Notes: generated by a model not told the origin, from the sequence alone. 64,000 nt of DNA from Botryllus schlosseri (GCA_051294905.1 CM119372.1:29080001-29144000); one strand, 5' to 3'. Counted from the first letter of the stretch, positions 1 through 12,826 are shown. Made by a program: numbers and translations.

Positions 1-3000
1 TACGAGATTTGAATGTCTGAACAATAACTGAGAAATAATTTATCACAATTATATCCGTATATTACAGCGTAAAAGATATTTGAATGTCAGCAACTCGGTA
101 AGGTCATAGTTACTACCACATTACCTAATTTTCCCGACCAACTCGTCATGATCATTCCCGAAATCAACACAAACATGACTACTGACTTGAGTTAACCACA
201 AAACAGCATCAAGTTTTAAATCTACTTGTAGCTTACGGCTTATTCGAATGCGGGTTATGTTTTGTTGTAATTGAGTGTACGGAAATAGTATTACGTCTCG
301 ACATCTCACCACCTTACCATATTCAAAGAGTCAACCACGAAAACATTGTCAAGTAAATCCGTTTGTAACTTACCCGACCAACTCAAACAGTATCAGTATG
401 AAAAACAGCCAAACATACACGAATCCATACAATCACTAAAACCTAAAATCCATAACAAGCTTGGTTGTATTCATATCCCTACACATCTTTTTTATTCAAC
501 TTGAAAAGTCGTTACTATTCTGTAAGATAGAGGAATTACTACGCGGTATATTTTGCAAGACAAACTAATTACTACTCGGTATATTTTGTAAGACAAAAGT
601 AATTACTTCTCAGTGTCGGCGACTTGAGATTAACATAATATGTTTGAGTATACGAGATTTGAAAGTCCGACCAACGTAGTTGAGAATTCATTTCTTACAA
701 TCGAACGATGGTGTTATATTCAAAGTTATCATGCTGTGAACATAAGGATTGACACATTGATTTGACATATGAGATTTTGTAATAGTTGATCATTACTTTA
801 TTATTAAATTATTTGCGTTAATTAGACCCGGCGTTGTGTTAAATGTTATGACAACAACAAACTTTTCAGTACCAATGTTATTAACATATTAAGCTGTAAA
901 ACTATGTGTGTCTGAAATGTTCTTGATAGGAAAATTACTCCACCTTGGTAAAAATCACTCTGCGTATCGCGGATATCAGAAAATATTTCCAGTAACCAAG
1001 ACTAAAGATGCAACGGCAATATCGGTATTATTACATTCAACAATCAGTACAATTATTAAAATCTATCGTTTGCGATAAACAGCACTAAAGATGTAATAAT
1101 TCCAGTATTCATACATTGAACATCCGATACAAAATGCTTTATTATCCCGATTCCTAACGGGTAATTGAAACGACTAAGTGTAGAATCAGTATATCACAAT
1201 ATCGTTACTATTGAATCCGACGATTTATTGTCGGAATTTGTGACAGAGAATTGAAACATATGCACTTTACAGAGTGAGAAAATATCACTTTGAGCATCGA
1301 GTACCGTTCGAAGCTAGCGATCAATTCTTAATCATTTCAGTAACTCCCCATTGTGCGTGCTAAATGTAAAATATCGCGAGGTTATACACTCTAAGACTTT
1401 GATTATTGCAAAAGTAAATTGTGATATGTTTGTTAGATGCATCCAATTCAACTAGAAATGTCTAGTGCCCAACACTCGTAATATCGAAAAAGTACTTGCT
1501 ACATTGTTATTTGCTAAACGTGTTTTGCATTGTTGTTCATTTCTAGTATTGATTGAAATCGTTCTTGAACCCTCAAATAATAATTCCCGACATGAAACCA
1601 AGCCGCTGAAAGTCGTTACCATGACGAAGAAACAATGTGTACGATGTTTATCAAATGTGTCCTACCTGGCCAACAGAAAACAATTTTCACTCACTCGAAA
1701 TGAAACCAATGGGATGGTCTCCATTCGATATTTTGTTTGTGTCAAATACTTTGCAATGAACACATTTGCGTGGTTGAGCTTTACATCATCAAGCTGTTAT
1801 TTGTAAATCAAGATTTCGGTAAACTTATAAATGTATCATTTAACTAACCGACATTTAGTGATTGGGGAACATACCAAACGATACACATCCATCTCCGAAA
1901 TACTGCATTGATCTTAATTTCCATCATCGTGATAATCGAAGTACATTTCTTTCGAATTCGTAACAACCGGTGTTTCTACGACACGATAAATTTTTGACAA
2001 GTTATGCTTAGAAGATTGGTTGCATATCGCGAAAAAAAAATAATATACCACTCATATTGATACTGTTACTCCATTGATCGATATTTTCAAACGAGTAAAA
2101 TTTATTACTTGAGTTTCTCCGCTTAATATAAATGAAAACTCAGCCGTCTTTTAACATCACAAAGACATTGATAAAAAGTAGGCAATCAAACACAACACTT
2201 CGTACGACACTAATTATTGTTCCACACATCTCATTTCATACTAAGTGTATACGAAAGATATTCACGACACTTGAAAATATTCGCTCATGCTACGAACATA
2301 CGCAATGATTGGTGGTGCTTTCAAACTGTTTCGATATCACAAGAACTTTATTGTCTGAATGGGTGTTCATGTATCTTAATAATCAAATAGTTCAACACAG
2401 AACTAGTACTAACAGAAACATCAGAGAGTTGTTTACACAAAAGTTTGTATGTGTACAGTATGCGAATACCATGTGTAAGTCCAGCACAATTGCAGTATCC
2501 ATCCGAGTTTAGTTAACACAAATTTATTAGAACGGAGCCACGTAAACTTTCGTGAAAGAAAAGCATACTCACTTCCAGAGGGTTATGTCAACACCATAGC
2601 AGTAAATCAGCTACTCCAACAACAAAGTACATATGTTTCTAGCCACGGTCCTTTCACATAGTTCAATCTACTTTGCTAACGAAAAGTGCTGAGTCATCAC
2701 ATGATCGCCCTCACAACAAAACAGCTAGTAGATATTATCATTCAAAATATTCCTAATCCTTTACACACCAGCGACAAATCATACAACGAATATGTTTTGT
2801 GGGTCGAATTGTTGTTCAGTGTCAAGTCTACCTGTTGAAACGTACATTAAAACAACACAGTCACAATTCAATTAAAACCACGAATCTATTTTCATTTCGT
2901 CACATACAGAAAAATAAAATTTTCTTTCCCCAACACATACTTGTAACCAATCGCTTTCATTAAACACACAACTTCATGAAAGTATTTACTTTCTACAACA

Positions 3001-3579
3001 TAGACATTCCGATGTAGTCAAGAAATATTTTTATTAAGCAAAATCATCGATTTCTGTTCACGGCGTTAGTGTGTGCATGTCATACCTGTGGGCCCCGTAT
3101 TAAAATGGACACGACACGACTGAATGTAAGGGAGGTAGAAGTCTATCACATCGATTTACACGTGGTCTTCGCTACGGTTTCAAAAAACGAATCATCTATT
3201 TTGCATTGGTCGAGACCGAGCGAACCAGTTACATGTATTCGCGGTAATGATTTTGCTTGTCATATGCGAATGATAGGATTGCTACTCCGACAAATCAAAT
3301 CAACATACAACAATCTTCTGACGATCATAATAGCAATTTCATTTTCCGCCCCTTCATAATTGTATACGCACGAAAAGTATATTGTACAACTCGGTAACTA
3401 CATTTAACAAGACCAATCACACTACCAGCGTTGAACACAAGATACCTACCCAAGTTAAAATATCATTCTGGTTTGGACAACTGACGTTTACCTGTGTAAA
3501 ATTATCATTTTCACTTGGAGGTCCACCGTTACCTAACTAAAATACCATTGTCCTTTGGAGATTTATCGTTTACCCAGTG

Positions 3580-3870
3580 TAACAAACCCCTTTTCACTTG
3601 GAAATCTATTTTTGCCCTGGATAACAAACCCCTTTTCACTTGGAAATCTATTTTTGCCCTGGATAACACACCTTTTTCACTTGGAAATATACTTTTTCTC
3701 TGGGTAACAAACCTTTTTCACTTGGAAATATATTTTTTCTCTGGGTAACAAACCTTTTTCACTTGGAAATATATTTTTTCTCTGGGTAACAAACCTTTTT
3801 CACTTGGAAACATATTTTTTCCCTGAGCAACAAACCATTTTCACTGAGCAACAAACCATTTTCACTTGGT
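3580..3870 (+). repeat. ~41-bp minisatellite in element 1 left arm (mirror at ~6990-7280)
   Basis: Tandem units like ACAAACCTTTTTCACTTGGAAATATATTTTTTCTCTGGGTA with no unique spacers. Confidence 0.9.
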
Positions 3871-4302
3871 GAGTCGTCGTTTACCTGAGTAAAAATATCA
3901 TTTTCCTTTGGAGATCTGGCGTTTACGCAGTGTAACAATACATTTTCTCTTGGTCATCTAACTTTTCCAAGAGTAACAAAACCATTTCCATTTTGAAATC
4001 TGACAAACACACCTGACAATTTGGTATTTGTTGTATTGACGATAGTTTGAAATAGATTACAACGAACAGTGACGGAAATATACACGGACTATCGGTTTCA
4101 GAGTATACCACCCATCAGTCGCATCACATCAATATCATCGGTTAACCACATACAATATGCTCTTGTACACCGAAATGTGTGTTTTGGAAAATTGGACAAT
4201 AGGATTCGATAGTTCTGTGATGTCCGGGTTCGTGCTTTCGATTTTCCAGAGTCAAAATGTCTGAATAAAACACCTCCTTGACGATGGTTGGTATGGGGAT
4301 AA

Positions 4303-4729
4303 CAGAGATGAGCGGATTTGAAATTTCTATGTCCTAATCCAATCCAAATCCGAACCTTCAAATCCAAATCCAAATCCTAATCCATAAATTTTTCTTATTC
4401 AAGTCCATGTCCAATCCTAATCCGATTCAAACTGGAAATTCAGAAAAAATACTAATTTACGCAACGGAGGGATTCGAAAATATTCTTTCACAACCAACGA
4501 TTCACTTGATTCAAGATAACTTAGTAACCATAAGTACATTAATAACTGATTTGAATAAAGTTTGTCGCCATTCGCCACACGACATTTCAATCTCCAAGAA
4601 AATAGGCAAATCCAATCCAAGTCCTAATCCGTTCTGAAAAAAATGTCTAATCCAAATCCAATCCAAATCCGACAAAATTTCACAAATCCTGTTTTTTCAA
4701 AACCTAATCCTAATCCATGCTCATCTCTG
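4303..4729. mobile_element. hAT-type MITE inserted in the left arm of element 1 only
   Basis: TIRs CAGAGATGAGC/GCTCATCTCTG; exact 8-bp TSD GGGGATAA (4295-4302, 4730-4737); internal AATCC repeats; empty site in the right arm at ~6558-6565. Element plus TSD (435 bp) equals the shift in mirror offset. Confidence 0.93.
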
Positions 4730-5186
4730 GGGGATAACGGTGTTCGGAAAACGGTTGGATTTATGTCACCCATCGCGATAACAATTCCAGGTCGAGTTTT
4801 CCCCCGCATGTTTACTATATTGTGTCTTTATTGGTCAATGTATGTCTCGACATTCAGTTTGAAATCGGAAACCCTGATAAAGTATGTAACCGGATCCGGA
4901 TATCAACTCTGAATCGATAAACCAATGAACAATGTTCAAAGTAAACATGTTACACCCTGTGTTTCCACGAAAAAATACCATCCAGACATACGTCGCGCTT
5001 GTTTGCCCACACCAGTATACGCGTAAATGGAGGTGTGTGACATTGCATGCAATGTGTTGGTATACGAACATCGGGGAGTAAGCCTTCGATCCACAGACAT
5101 TATCATAACCGGTAATTTTGCTGCAGATCGAATGTCATCACACCCGATAACAATACCAATAAGCCACATTGCAATGACTCTGAGTC

Positions 5187-6108
5187 CGCGCTATTACATC
5201 GATATTTCGACACCGTTCACTGATTTATTCGATGGTGTTATCGTGTTGTAACATTACAAGATAGTCATGACCCTATCTGTAGACGGACCACCCAGATCAA
5301 TTGGATACATCGGTCAATATCCATCGTGTTGTCGACACCGAAGTTTTCTGCTGAGACTACAGCGTTTGATCTAGGTGAACTATCGAAGTACGGTGCTCGA
5401 AATGATTGCGATCAGTCTTTCAGTCACGATCAATGGATGTCGCTACTCCCACATAACGACTCCGGATAAATATCGTGCAAATGTCGGACTGATATTGTGA
5501 TCCAATAAGGTGTGTTTCAGTGGAATGAAGACTGCAGTCGTACACCACAATAGAACACTACCTCGCGATTTCACACGCAATCATAAAACACACCTTCGTA
5601 AGCGTCTAGTTCGTCCGGTGACATTTCGTACCGGTCATCGCCACAAGAGAACGGGGTTGGTCTCGTAATATCGGAGCATTTTGAAACTGTCATCACCACA
5701 AGGCTATTGACGTCGATTCAGATGGTCATGTCAATCCGTTTCACAATCCACCGTTTTTCAAGTCCCTGCACCATAGTGTTACGACACAGACAAGAAACGT
5801 CGGTTGAAATAATAAAACACGGGAGGCACACTTTGGTGTTATTTGACATGGATTTTACACCAGACGAACCTCACATTCGAGCGATGAATTGGATTGACGA
5901 TTGTATTATTGACATCGAAGGGAAAGAAATGTATCGATTTATCGGATTCGTACATATCCAACTAAAATCTGGGTATATGATTGTGCATGGTTCGCATATT
6001 TGACTGTGAACGCTCTATTGGTATATGTTGTACAGTTTACTTTCACCGTCGTGCGAATAACCATGTCAAGGTTCCATGTTTTCGTGTCTGTATGTCACGC
6101 TTCAGATT
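5187..6108 (+). other. 922-bp non-palindromic spacer (loop) of element 1
   Basis: Arm symmetry stops exactly at GACTCTGAGTC (ends 5186) and resumes at GACTCAGAGTC (starts 6109). Homologous to the reverse complement of 22835-23789. Confidence 0.9.
5728..6003 (+). CDS. Hypothetical 91-aa protein in the element 1 spacer (MSIRFTIHRFSSPCTIVLRHRQ...)
   Basis: ATG-started ORF with an ungapped, open homologue in the element 2 spacer. No recognisable domain. Confidence 0.4.
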   Translation: MSIRFTIHRFSSPCTIVLRHRQETSVEIIKHGRHTLVLFDMDFTPDEPHIRAMNWIDDCIIDIEGKEMYRFIGFVHIQLKSGYMIVHGSHI

Positions 6109-9100
6109 GACTCAGAGTCATTGCAATGTGGCTTATTGGTATTGTTATCGGGTGTGATGACATTCGATCTGCAGCAAAATTACCGGTTATGATAATGTCT
6201 GTGGATCGAAGGCTTACTCCCCGATGTTTGTATACCAACACATTGCATGCAATGTCACACACCTCCATTTAAGCGTATACTGGTGTGGGCAAACAAGCGC
6301 GACGTATGTCTGGATGGTATTTTTTCGTGGAAACACAGGGTGTAACATGTTTACTTTGAATATTGTTCATTGGTTTATCGATTCAGAGTTGATATCCGGA
6401 TCCGGTTACATACTTTATCAGGGTTTCCGATTTCAAACTGAATGTCGAGACATACATTGACCAATAAAGACACAATATAGTAAACATGCGGGGGAAAACT
6501 CGACCTGGAATTGTTATCGCGATGGGTGACATAAATCCAACCGTTTTCCGAACACCGTTATCCCCATTCCAACCATCGTCAAGGAGGTGTTTTATTCCGA
6601 CATTTTGACTCTGGAAAATCCAAAGCACGAACCCGGACATCACAGAACTATCGAAGCCTATTGTCCAATTTTCCAAAACACACATTTCAGTGTACAAGAG
6701 CATATTGTATGTGGTTAACCGATGATATTGATGTGATACGACTGATGGGTGGTATACTCTGAAACCGATAGTCCGTGTATATTTCCGTCACTGTTCGTTG
6801 TAATCTATTTCAAACTATCGTCAATACAACAAATACCAAATTGTCAGGTGAGTTTGTCAGATTTCAAAATGGAAATGGTTTTGTTACTCTTGGAAAAGCT
6901 AGATGACCAAGAGAAAATGTATTGTTACACAGCGTAAACGCCAGATCTCCAAAGGAAAATGATATTTTTACTCAGGTAAACGACGACCCGCCAAGTGAAA
7001 ATGGTTTGTTGCTCAGTGAAAATGGTTTGTTGCTCAGGGAAAAAATATATTTCCAAGTGAAAAAGGTTTGTTACCCAGAGAAAAAATATATTTCCAAGTG
7101 AAAAAGGTTTGTTACCCAGAGAAAAAATAAATTTCCAAGTGAAAAAGGTTTGTTACCCTGAGAAAAAGTATATTTCCAAGTGAAAAAGGTGTGTTATCCA
7201 GGGCAAAAATAGATTTCCAAGTGAAAAGGGGTTTGTTATCCAGGGCAAAAATAGATTTCCAAGTGAAAAGGGGTTTGTTACACTGGGTAAACGATAAATC
7301 TCCAAAGGACAATGGTATTTTAGTTAGGTAACGGTGGACCTCCAAGTGAAAATGATAATTTTACACAGGTAAACGTCAGTTGTCCAAACCAGAATGATAT
7401 TTTTACTTGGGTAGGTATCTTGTGTTCAACGCTGGTAGTGTGATTGGTCTTGTTAAATGTAGTTACCGAGTTGTACAATATACTTTTCGTGCGTATACAA
7501 TTATGAAGGGGCGGAAAATGAAATTGCTATTATGATCGTCAGAAGATTGTTGTAGGTTGATTTGATTTGTAGGAGTAGCAATCCTATCATTCGCATATGA
7601 CAAGCAAAATCATTACCGCGAATACATGTAACTGGTTCGCTCGGTCTCGACCAATGCAAAATAGATGATTCGTTTTTTGAAACCGTAGCGAAGACCACGT
7701 GTAAATCGATGTGATAGACTTCTACCCCCCTTACATTCAGTCGTGTCGTGTCCATTTTAATACGGGGCCCACAGGTATGACATGCACACACTAACGCCGT
7801 GAACAGAAATCGATGATTTTGATTAATAAAAATATTTCCTGGCTACATCGGAATGTCTATGTTGTAGAAAGTAAATACTTTTATGAAGTTGTGTGTTTAA
7901 TGAAAGCGATTGGTTACAAGTATGTGTTGGGGAAAGAAAATTTTATTTTTCTGTATGTGACGAAATGAAAATAGATTCGTGGTTTTAATTGAATTGTGAC
8001 TGTGTTGTTTTAATGTACGTTTCAACAGGTAGACTTGACACTGAACAACAATTCGACCCACAAAACATATTCGTTGTATGATTTGTCGCTGGTGTGTAAA
8101 GGGTTAGGAATATTTTGAATGATAATATCTACAGGCTGTTTTGTTGTGAGGGCGATCATGTGATGACTCAGCACTTTTCGTTAGCAAAGTAGATTGAACT
8201 ATGTGAAAGATGTAAGGACCGTGGCTAGAAACATATGTACTTTGTTGTTGGAGTAGCTGATTTACTGCTATGGTGTTGACATAACCCTCTGGAAGTGAGT
8301 ATGCTTTTCTTTCACGAAAGTTTACGTGGCTCCGTTCTAATAAATTTGTGTTAACTAAACTCGGATGGATACTGCAATTGTGCTGGACTTACACATGGTA
8401 TTCGCATACCGTACACATACAAACTTTTGTGTAAACAACTCTCTGATGTTTCTGTTAGTACTAGTTCTGTGTTGAACTATTTGATTATTAAGATACATGA
8501 ACACCCATTCAGACAATAAAGTTCTTGTGATATCGAAACAGTTTGAAAGCACCACCAATCATTGCTTATGTTCGTAGCATGAGCGAATATTTTCATGTGT
8601 CGTGAATATCTTTCGTATACACTTAGTATGAAATGAGATGTGTGGAACAATAATTAGTGTCGTACAAAGTGTTGTGTTGGATTGCCTACTTTTTATCAAT
8701 GTCTTTGTGATGTTAAAAGACGGCTGAGTTTTCATTTACATTAAGCGGAGAAACTCAAGTAATAAATTTTACTCGTTTGAAAATATTGATCAATGGAGTA
8801 ACAGTATCAATATGAGTGGTATATTATTTTTTTTTCGCGATATGCAACCAATCTTCTAAGCATAACTTGTCAAAAATTTATCGTGTCGTAGAAACACCGG
8901 TTGTTACGAATTCGAAAGAAATGTACTTCGATTATCACGATGATGGAAATTAAGATCAATGCAGTATTTCGGAGATGGATGTGTATCGTTTGGTATGTTC
9001 CCCAATCACTAAATGTCGGTTAGTTAAACGATACATTTATAAGTTTACCGAAATCTTGATTTACAAATAACAGCTTGATGATGTAAAGCTCAACCACGCA

Positions 9101-12100
9101 AATGTGTTCATAGCAAAGTATTTGACACAAACAAAATATCGAATGGAGACCGTCCCATTGGTTTCATTTCGAGTGAGTGAAAATTGTTTTCTGTTGGCAA
9201 GGTAGGACACATTTGATAAACTTCGTACACATTGTTTCTTCGTGATGGTAACGACTTTGAGCGGCTTGGTTTCATGTCGGGAATTATTATTTGAGGGTTC
9301 AAGAACGATTTCAATCAATACTAGAAATGAACAACAATGCAAAACACGTTTAGCAAATAACAGTGTAGCGAGTACTTTTTCGATATTACGAGTGTTGGGC
9401 ACTAGACACTTCTAGTTGAATTGGATGCATCTAACAAACATATCACAATTTACTTTTGCAATAATCAAAGTCTTAGAGTGTATAACCTCGCGATATTTTA
9501 CATTTAGCACGCACAATGGGGAGTTACTGAAATGATTAAGAATTGATCGCTAGCTTCGAACGGTACTCGATACTGAAAGTGATATTTTGTCATTCTGTAA
9601 AGTGCATATGTTTCAATTCTCTCTCACAAATTCCGACAATAAATCGTTGGATTCAATAGTAACGATATTGTGATATACTGATTCTACACTTAGTCGTTTC
9701 AATTACCCGTTGGGAATCGGGATAATAAAGCATTTTGTATCGGATGTTCAATGTATGAATACTGGAATTATTACATCTTTAGTGCTGTTTATCGCAAACG
9801 ATAGATTTTAATAATTGTACTGACTGTTGAATGTAATAATACCGATATTGTCGTTGCATCTTTAGTCTTGGTTACTGGAAATATTTTCTGATATCCGCGA
9901 TACGCAGAGTGATTTTTACCAAGGTGGAGTAATTTTCCTATCAAGAACATTTCAGACACACATAGTTTTACAGCTTAATATGTTAATAACATTGGTACTG
10001 AAAAGTTTGTTGCTGTCATAACATTTACCACAACGCCGGGTCTAATTAACGCAAATAATTTAATAATAAAGTAATGATCAACTATTACAAAATCTCATAT
10101 GTCAAATCAATGTGTCAATCCTTATGTTCACGGCATGATAACTTTGAATATAACACCATCGTTCGATTGTAAAAAATGAATTCTCAACTACGTTGGTTGG
10201 ACTTTCAAATCTCGTATACTCAAACATATTATGTTAATCTCAAGTCGCCGACACTGAGAAGTAATTACTTTTGTCTTACAAAATATACCGAGTAGTAATT
10301 AGTTTGTCTTGCAGAATATACCGCGTAATAATTCCTCTATCTTACAGAATAGTAACGACTTTTCAAGTTGAATAAAAAAGATGTGTAGGGATGTGAATAC
10401 AACCAAGCTTGTTATGGATTTTAGGTTTTAGTGATTGTATGGATTCGTGTATGTTTGGCTGTTTTTCATACTGATACTGTTTGAGTTGGTCGGGTAAGTT
10501 ACAAACGGATTTACTTGACAATGTTTTCGTGGTTGACTCTTTGAATATGGTAAGGTGGTGAGATGTCGAGACGTAATACTATTTCCGTACACTCAATTAC
10601 AACAAAACATAACCCGCATTCGAATAAGCCGTAAGCTACAAGTGGATTTAGAACTTGATGCTGTTTTGTGGTTAACTCAAGTCAGTAGTCATGTTTGTGT
10701 TGATTTCGGGAATGATCATGACGAGTTGGTCGGGAAAATTAGGTAATGTGGTAGTAACTATGACCTTACCGAGTTGCTGACATTCAAATATCTTTTACGC
10801 TGTAATATACGGATTTAATTGTGATAAATTATTTCTCAGTTATTGTTCAGACATTCAAATCTCGTATACTCAAAATATAATATGTTCAAGTCAAATCGTA
10901 TATGCACCGATTAGTAAATACTTTGTCTTCAGAATAGTAACGACCTTTACAATCGAATAAAAAAAGACCGATCATACGAGTACAACCAGGATGAATTAAT
11001 TCAAATTTATGAGTTGTAGTGATATAATCAAGTAAGTGAAAACTAGATTTCCCGAGTAGTGATTACTTTGTGTTATAGATTAGTAACGACTTTTACAGTT
11101 GAATAAAAATTATCGGTCATACGAATACCACAAGGATGAATTAATTCAAGTTTGCGAGTTGTAGTGATATAGCCAAGTAAGTGAAAAGTAGATTTTAAAC
11201 ACTTGTTAATGTTGTGAATAATTCTTTTGAGTATGGTAAGATGTTAAAATGTCTCTTTGACAAACGGAAAGCTGGATCGGTAATAGAGTTGTAATGTTAC
11301 ATTACTTGTTTCAAATCAATGTGTGTATAATATCGAAACGGGACTGTGGGGGAAGTTGGTAGTCATGTTTGTCAATCCTATTTCAATGCGCACTACGCCA
11401 AAGTCGAAATAATCGGTTTCGGATTAGGATTTTACAATTATTTCACACCTTTTTGAATAAGCGTCAACTTCACAGAGGATTAGGGTTGGGTCAGAAATAA
11501 GTGAAAATTTGTCGGTATTCGAATCACCGGCTACGCCGGCTCTATGGTAAACTAATTACTAAAGTAACACCATGCGACTGATTCCTAGATTTATCAAACT
11601 ATTTCGCACTGACTGGACTAGCGTAATAATCGATAGTAGCACACGGTTGGACGGGAAACAATTCAGCACACAGGTCATTCGAAATGTAGGCCGCACGCGC
11701 TGCGTAATCCTCACAACAAACCGTGTTCGCAAAACGGACGTATTTAGTGGGTCAGACATATCAAAACGCAAGCGCAAACATCTGTTTTCAAAATCGCACA
11801 ATGCACTGCGGTTTAGTGAATTTCCTGTTTAGTGGTACTCGTGACTATTTACTTGATACATATTCAACACCGTGTGAGAGATTCCTATACCCGAAAGTAC
11901 GATATGCCGATATATCCATAAGAACACATGGCGAGTCACCACCACAGCCTATACGGGAAAGTACGAATCACCGCCGCGTCCATAAGAATAACGATATATC
12001 ATTGTCGTACTCACCGTAAACGTTAGGATTACCTGGATTCGGTCATATTTAATAATTTGCGATATACACATTAACTAAGGACCAATCACGTGACTTTTTA

Positions 12101-12633
12101 CCAACCTGATACATATTCAACACCGTGCGAGAGATGCATATACCCGAAAGTACGATTCACGACCGCACCCATAAGACACAATAGCCGCATGCGACCGCAC
12201 CCATAAGACGCAATAGCCGCTCGCCACCCCCGCCATAAGACGCAATAGCCGCATGCGACCGCACCCATAAGAACACATGGCGAGTCACCACATATCCCGT
12301 AAGAATACACGGCAGGTGAATCACCGTCACCACCTATAGTAAAAAAAGTACGAGTCACCAACACGAGTTTTCAATACGAGTCACCAACACGAGTTTTCAA
12401 TACGAGTCACCGACGCAGCCTATACCCGAAAGTACGAGTCACCAACACGAGTTTTCAATACGAGTCATCGCCGCAGCCTATACCCGAAAGTACGAATCAC
12501 CAACACACCCATAAGAACACATTACGAATCACGAGCGAGAGGGGGGTCTGAAAGTACGAGTCACCAGCGGAAGGGGGGTCTGAAAGTACGAGTCACCAAC
12601 ACGAGTTTTCAATACGAGTACGGGTAAAGTCAT

Positions 12634-12826
12634 TCACAGGTCCTGATCCGAGACTATAGAGTCGTAGTTGGACATATTTCTACCACCATTCCATGGTAAA
12701 CCTTCAAGATTTTGGCAGTGTACCCACCAATTTTTATATTTGGAAACTGGCGTGCCGTCATTCCAGACCCAACTGCCTTCTTTGTCGAGATCAGTTATGC
12801 TGTTTATTGGGCTCCAATAATTGTGA
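12634..12826 (-). pseudogene. C-type lectin gene, exon 3 (C-terminal half of the CTLD), apparently disabled
   Basis: tttcAG acceptor at 12827-28. Translates THNYWSPINSITDLDKEGSWVWNDGTPVSKYKNWW (CTLD D..EG.W.W.DG...Y.NW motif). Phase fits exon 2. In-frame TGA where the final W is expected, then element 1 sequence begins. Confidence 0.7.

Larger units (their letters stand above)
1..12619. mobile_element. Giant palindromic non-autonomous Polinton/Maverick-like element 1 (left end outside the window, right terminus missing ~55 bp)
   Basis: 1-5186 is the reverse complement of 6109-10866 (mirrored ORF pairs 121-312/10555-10746, 1465-1806/9061-9402, 3069-3359/7501-7791). The right arm continues to 12619 with the same subterminal GTACGAGTCACC/TTTTCAATACGAGT repeats as element 2, which has true Polinton termini. 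Confidence 0.85.

Noticed and set aside
3580..3870. 41-bp and 58-bp arrays as CRISPR arrays
   Set aside because: Head-to-tail tandem units without unique spacers, no cas genes, eukaryotic context.
121..10746. Short mirrored ORFs in the arms (e.g. 1465-1806, 2309-2512, 3069-3359) as genes
   Set aside because: They recur only because of the palindrome. Most start at GTG/TTG, and homologues in the other element are truncated or frameshifted.
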